DNA of 64,000 bases from a bacterium. GTDB lineage: Bacteria; Patescibacteriota; Minisyncoccia; Sungbacterales; HO2-52-23. Below the pieces are notes generated by a model. The model saw only the letters and a list, made by a program, of their open reading frames with translations, had not been told where the DNA came from and ran no database searches. Shown in pieces: positions 59,750 to 64,000 of this stretch. The stretch lies in the NCBI GenBank assembly GCA_030697705.1, contig JAUYPE010000005.1, positions 602 to 64,601 on the forward strand. The letters run 5' to 3'. The translations under genes and the position numbers were made by a program. Positions within the stretch are counted from its first letter, which is position 1, and each line of letters starts with the position of its first letter.

Positions 59750-60259
59750 ATGCCTGTGCGTCAAAAGATATTATTTCTCGGGGGAGCCGGACTTATCGCA
59801 CTCGGATTGCTTATTTTTTTCGCGAGTAAATTTTTTTCGGAGCGGCTCACTCCTATCGTTCCGTCAGTAACCATCCCAACACCGGCTTTCGAGCGTGGTA
59901 CATCCCCCGAAGTACTTCCGACTTCTTCACCAGCAGTGCGCGTTGTCCCGGATCAAGCGGATACTATTCCACGCACCCGTTATGACGGGAATTCCTTTAC
60001 TCCGCGCGTGCTGACGGTTGGCGACAAGGGTAGTGATGTACCCTGCGCGGTACGAGTTGAAAACACGAGCCGCGAGTCCCTCACCGTTCGTCTCGGTCCA
60101 GCACATGAAAATGAAGAACGTGGATTCTTGTATTCTCCCGTTCCTGCTGGTCAGTTCCTTCTCATTGATCCGCGTTACCACCTGCCATTGGTCTCGTTCT
60201 ATAGTCGTGAACATCCCGCAATAACGTTTGAGGTTCGGGTTGAAGGCACCTGCCGCTAG
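59750..60259 (+). CDS. Hypothetical membrane-anchored protein
   Basis: N-terminal TM, Pro/Thr linker, beta domain. Confidence 0.6.
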   Translation: MPVRQKILFLGGAGLIALGLLIFFASKFFSERLTPIVPSVTIPTPAFERGTSPEVLPTSSPAVRVVPDQADTIPRTRYDGNSFTPRVLTVGDKGSDVPCAVRVENTSRESLTVRLGPAHENEERGFLYSPVPAGQFLLIDPRYHLPLVSFYSREHPAITFEVRVEGTCR

Positions 60260-60305
60260 TGCTCAAAAAATACAATATGACTTATCCTAAGGAATAAAAA
60301 CTATT

Positions 60306-60969
60306 ATGACTACCATAACCATTCCCATCGCCTTTATCGCCGGGCTCGTGAGTTTTCTTGCACCCTGTGTTCTCCCGCTCATTCCGGGCTTTCTGTCTTA
60401 TCTTGCGGGATCTTCCGGTGCGAGTGGGGTGCCGCGGCGCAGAGAGGTGTTCTTGAATGCACTTTTTTTTGTTCTCGGTTTTTCCGTTGTCTTCACTCTG
60501 CTCGGTGTACTTTTGCAAACGATTCTCGCATCGGTGGCGTATGCGGCAACTGCATGGCTCTCGCGGATCGGCGGTACGTTGGTGATTTTTTTCGGACTCT
60601 ATTTAACGGGACTCATACATATCCCGTATCTTGAACGAGATCATAAGATGCGTTGGACTTGCTTTCGCGGTCGGTTGGACACCATGCGTGAGCGCCGCGC
60701 TTGGCGTGATACTTGGACTCGCGGCTGCGCACCCGGGTACCGCATTTATCCTTCTGCTCGCCTACGCGCTGGGTCTGGGTATCCCGTTGCTCGTCATGGG
60801 ACTTTTTGTCTCGCAGGCGGCCGCACTTATTGCACGGTATGGGCATATCGTGCATACTATCAATATTGTTTTTGGTATTATTCTCATCGGTCTCGGGATT
60901 CTTATCTTTACGCAAGAATCGGCGCTCATTGCGAATTTCAGCTTTCTTAATCGATGGCTTTTACAATAA
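60306..60969 (+). pseudogene. ccdA: CcdA-family thiol-disulfide transporter with an internal deletion/frameshift
   Basis: SFLAPCVLPLIP in one frame and GLAFAVGWTPC in another; junction near 60650. Confidence 0.8.
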
Positions 60970-60991
60970 TTTTTAACCACATCTTACCTTC

Positions 60992-62179
60992 ATGTCGCGC
61001 ACACACATCATTCTTCTTATTATCGCGCTTGTCGTCATCAGTATTGCCATTCTGCTTATTGAACGGCGCAAGCCCATGTCGACGACGGCGGGAAGTGCGG
61101 AAATTCCTTTTAAAACTCTATCAACCGCGCAGATAGATGGAGAGCAAGGAAAATCACAGCATGAGACGGCGGCGCAGATTCAAGCAATTGTTGAAAAAAA
61201 AGCGGCGACGTATCCGCGCGCAAAAGAAATCGTTAATCCTTCGGGATTCATCAATGCACCCGACTCGCTCCATATCGCCGATCTCATCGGCAAGAAAATT
61301 ATTCTCGTTGATTTCTGGACCTACAGCTGTATCAATTGCCAGCGCACCTTGCCGTATCTGAACGAATGGTACAAAAAATATCGCGCCGCTGGACTGGAAA
61401 TCGTCAGCATACACACGCCGGAATTTGATTTTGAAAAGGATCGTGCCAATGTGGTGTCTGCCGTCAAAAAATACGGCATAGAGTATCCGGTGGTACAGGA
61501 CAACGACTATGCGACCTGGAGCGCGTACCAGAATCTTTACTGGCCGCACAAATATCTTATTGATACTGATGGCTTTATCGTCTATGACCACATCGGCGAG
61601 GGTAGTTATGAGGAGACGGAGCAGAAAATTCAAGAGCTTTTAGTGGAACTGCACGTGCGTCTTGGCGCAAAAGAAATGCCGGTACCCGCCATTACCACAC
61701 CGGCGGCGGCGATAGATGTCGCATTTGATAAAGTCGGTAGTCATGAGACGTATTTCGGTTCGGCGCGTAACGAATTTCTTGCCAACGGCGAGCGAAAAAA
61801 GAGTGGTACGCAAGTCCTTACCTTGCCGGACCAAACTGTACTGAATGCGCTTACTCTTGGAGGGACATGGGATTTCTCGCCCGAATTTGCGGAAAACAAA
61901 ACTGCCAACGCCCGAATCGTCTATCGTTATCATGCAAAGCGTGTGTATCTCGTAGCGAGCGGAGGAGCGGGCGTGGAGCTGGAAATCCTCCGTGATGGCA
62001 AGCTCCTCGGCAAAGCGGCGGGCAAAGATATTCGTGAAGCGGGCGGCATATCGCGCGTAACCATACGGGAGAGCCGTCTCTATGAACTTATCAGTGATCC
62101 GGACGGTTATGGTACGCACACGCTTGAAATTATCATGAAACAGCCCGGTCTCAAGGCGTTTGCTTTCACGTTCGGATAG
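60992..62179 (+). CDS. DipZ-like redoxin with a C-terminal beta domain
   Basis: DFWTYSCINC, HTPEF, YWP, GEG, ETYFG, FAFTFG. Confidence 0.88.
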   Translation: MSRTHIILLIIALVVISIAILLIERRKPMSTTAGSAEIPFKTLSTAQIDGEQGKSQHETAAQIQAIVEKKAATYPRAKEIVNPSGFINAPDSLHIADLIGKKIILVDFWTYSCINCQRTLPYLNEWYKKYRAAGLEIVSIHTPEFDFEKDRANVVSAVKKYGIEYPVVQDNDYATWSAYQNLYWPHKYLIDTDGFIVYDHIGEGSYEETEQKIQELLVELHVRLGAKEMPVPAITTPAAAIDVAFDKVGSHETYFGSARNEFLANGERKKSGTQVLTLPDQTVLNALTLGGTWDFSPEFAENKTANARIVYRYHAKRVYLVASGGAGVELEILRDGKLLGKAAGKDIREAGGISRVTIRESRLYELISDPDGYGTHTLEIIMKQPGLKAFAFTFG

Positions 62180-62645
62180 TTAATTCAATCACACCTCATG
62201 AGGGGATTCTCGGTTGAATAGACCCCGTAAGGCAGTTGCGGGGTATATTTTTTCGCGTTCATTGTAGAATAAAAAAGTGCGAAAAAAGGGCGTTACGAAA
62301 GGAGTAAATCATGACTTTTTGTGTGTGAGCCTTAAGCAAAAGAATGGCTTATTTATTGTGTTTTGATGCTGTCTTCTGATAAGGAGTGAGAATCGTAGCG
62401 CTTGACTTTCTCCCCCACGGTGATATACTTCTTGGCACATACCGCCATAGGGCGGTTTTATGGTGGAGGGGGTATAAATATGACTCTTCGGCGGTGCTAT
62501 GGCGTAACGACCATATTGCCGGCGGGAGTGATGGGGGCTGGGGCGATGATTCGAAGATATAGAACGATACTACCATTCAGGACGCACGAAATGACATCGG
62601 CCGGTTCTTCTAAGAGTTATTAGTATCTACCTTACGATTCTGTTA

Positions 62646-63062
62646 ATGGCGGTTGCGGCGGCATCGCCTCGTGCGGCGTATACAAGCCAGGCAGTCAGCA
62701 CACCCGCAGTCCAGGAGAGTGTTGTTATGTCGTTGGCATCAATCCCACTTCTTGAGGGGAATCGTACGCCTCCCGCGGAGGCAGTGCCCCAAGAGCCCGT
62801 TCCGGCAATCTTGGAACGGATTGCATGGTGTGAATCGCGTGGCCGACAGTTTGATAAGAATGGTGCGGTACTACGCGGTGTGGTGAACCCTGACGATATC
62901 GGGAAGTTCCAGATTAACGAGAAACATTGGGGCGCCGAGGCAAAACAGCTGGGGTTTAATCTTGCCTCCGAAGAGGGCAACCGAAAAATGGCAATGTCGC
63001 TTTTTGAGCGGTACGGTACGCGGCCATGGCACTGGAGCCAGTCATGCTGGGATAAAAATTAA
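62646..63062 (+). CDS. Lysozyme-like/lytic transglycosylase protein (start uncertain)
   Basis: IAWCESRG, GKFQIN, GTRPW..S..CW. Confidence 0.75.
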   Translation: MAVAAASPRAAYTSQAVSTPAVQESVVMSLASIPLLEGNRTPPAEAVPQEPVPAILERIAWCESRGRQFDKNGAVLRGVVNPDDIGKFQINEKHWGAEAKQLGFNLASEEGNRKMAMSLFERYGTRPWHWSQSCWDKN

Positions 63063-63231
63063 TCTGCGATTTTGTGCTACACAAAGAACATCCCGTACCG
63101 CTCTCTGAGCAGTGCGGGATGTTCTCGCTCATAGTACCTGTATTAAACATTGCGCGAGTCAATCGGTTCGGGTATCATCAAGAATATCAGTAAGGATTTT
63201 ATTATTATTCATTATCTCTTTTCTTAAACCT

Positions 63232-63966
63232 ATGAAAAGATTGCCGATAGTTCTGGGAGTGTCGGGAGTAGCGCTACTCGCTCTTTTATTCGTTGTTGGC
63301 AATAGGTCGTCTTCAAATCCTTCAACGGCTTCAACTCCGCCTGCCGAACAAGTTGCTCAAGATCAACAGGTACGTGAGAAAGTAATCGTTGATGCGAAGA
63401 GTGAGAGCGCGATGGCGGGCGCCGCAATGCCGTCCGAACCCGCCATGATGAAGGATGATTCCACAGCACACGCCGCATTAAAAAACAATATGCATCTTAT
63501 TACCCTTACGACAAATCTCGGTGTTATTAAATTCAAGACCTACGATACGGATGCTCCCAAGACAGTGGAGAACTTTGTCACTCTTGCTGGCAAGAAATTT
63601 TACGACGGCATTATTTTTCACCGTGTTATTAAGGGATTTATGATCCAAGGAGGAGATCCGACAGGAACCGGAACGGGGGGTCCCGGATATTCGTTCGCCG
63701 ATGAGCTTAATCCGGCAACCGAGTCGGGGAAGACCGGCTATAAGCGTGGCGTAGTCGCTATGGCGAACGCCGGACCCAATACCAACGGGAGCCAGTTCTT
63801 CATCATGCTCGCGGATACGCAGCTTCCATACAGCTATACGATTTTCGGTCATGTTGTTGAGGGTCAGGACATTGTGGATAAGATAGGCGCGACGCAAACC
63901 GGCTCGGGCGATCGTCCCGTCGCCGCAGTGACGATGCAAAGCGTGCGCGCGGAACTTCTGCCATGA
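63232..63966 (+). CDS. Membrane-anchored cyclophilin-type peptidyl-prolyl isomerase
   Basis: APKTVENF, FHRVIKGFMIQGGDP, AMANAGPNTNGSQFFI. Confidence 0.95.
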   Translation: MKRLPIVLGVSGVALLALLFVVGNRSSSNPSTASTPPAEQVAQDQQVREKVIVDAKSESAMAGAAMPSEPAMMKDDSTAHAALKNNMHLITLTTNLGVIKFKTYDTDAPKTVENFVTLAGKKFYDGIIFHRVIKGFMIQGGDPTGTGTGGPGYSFADELNPATESGKTGYKRGVVAMANAGPNTNGSQFFIMLADTQLPYSYTIFGHVVEGQDIVDKIGATQTGSGDRPVAAVTMQSVRAELLP

Positions 63967-64000
63967 GATAGATGCTATGCCGCGCGATCAAAAAAGTGCA

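Noticed and set aside
62430-62600. c-di-AMP (ydaO) riboswitch upstream of the hydrolase
   Set aside because: The context fits, but the characteristic conserved motifs could not be found.
62580-62650. TGA recoded as Gly (genetic code 25)
   Set aside because: Long conserved genes are intact under code 11, and rpoB, lemA and others end in TGA.

Overview
Chromosomal segment of a bacterium that looks like a Patescibacteria/CPR (Parcubacteria-like) organism. This assignment is inferred from gene content, protein style and the lack of Shine-Dalgarno sites on core genes. Genetic code 11 fits. Core genes: uvrC (partial), uvrA, groES-groEL with a CIRCE operator, rpoB-rpoC, ftsK-rodZ-like-recA, rpsF-ssb-rpsR, ychF, rmuC, rplU, dnaB-recR, lemA-htpX and tRNA-Ser(GGA). 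Accessory content includes two independent copper-export/thiol-redox clusters (the second has CsoR and its operator), a RelE-like TA pair, a small AT-rich islet after tRNA-Ser, several truncated genes, and many single-gene cassettes that each carry their own promoter, SD and terminator. The most notable observations are: (1) a predicted BECR-type RNase gene directly followed by a convergently transcribed ~87-nt three-way-junction RNA with its own promoter and terminator, a candidate protein-toxin/RNA-antitoxin module; (2) at least four families of small palindromic elements (heptamer-arm hairpins, GTCAT..ATGAC REP/RPE-like elements with nested sub-modules, ~160-bp AGACC..GGTCT rods, and TCCGCC-nnn-GGCGGA hairpins), some translated in frame inside UvrA and UvrC and one frameshifting a gene; (3) a tRNA-Ser whose acceptor stem is extended by a perfect 13-bp flanking inverted repeat; (4) two coexisting translation-initiation styles, leaderless or SD-less core genes versus SD-led ORFan cassettes, some of which are empty. 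No CRISPR array, rRNA, intact transposase or integrase was seen. All family assignments come from motif recognition by eye, not from database searches.
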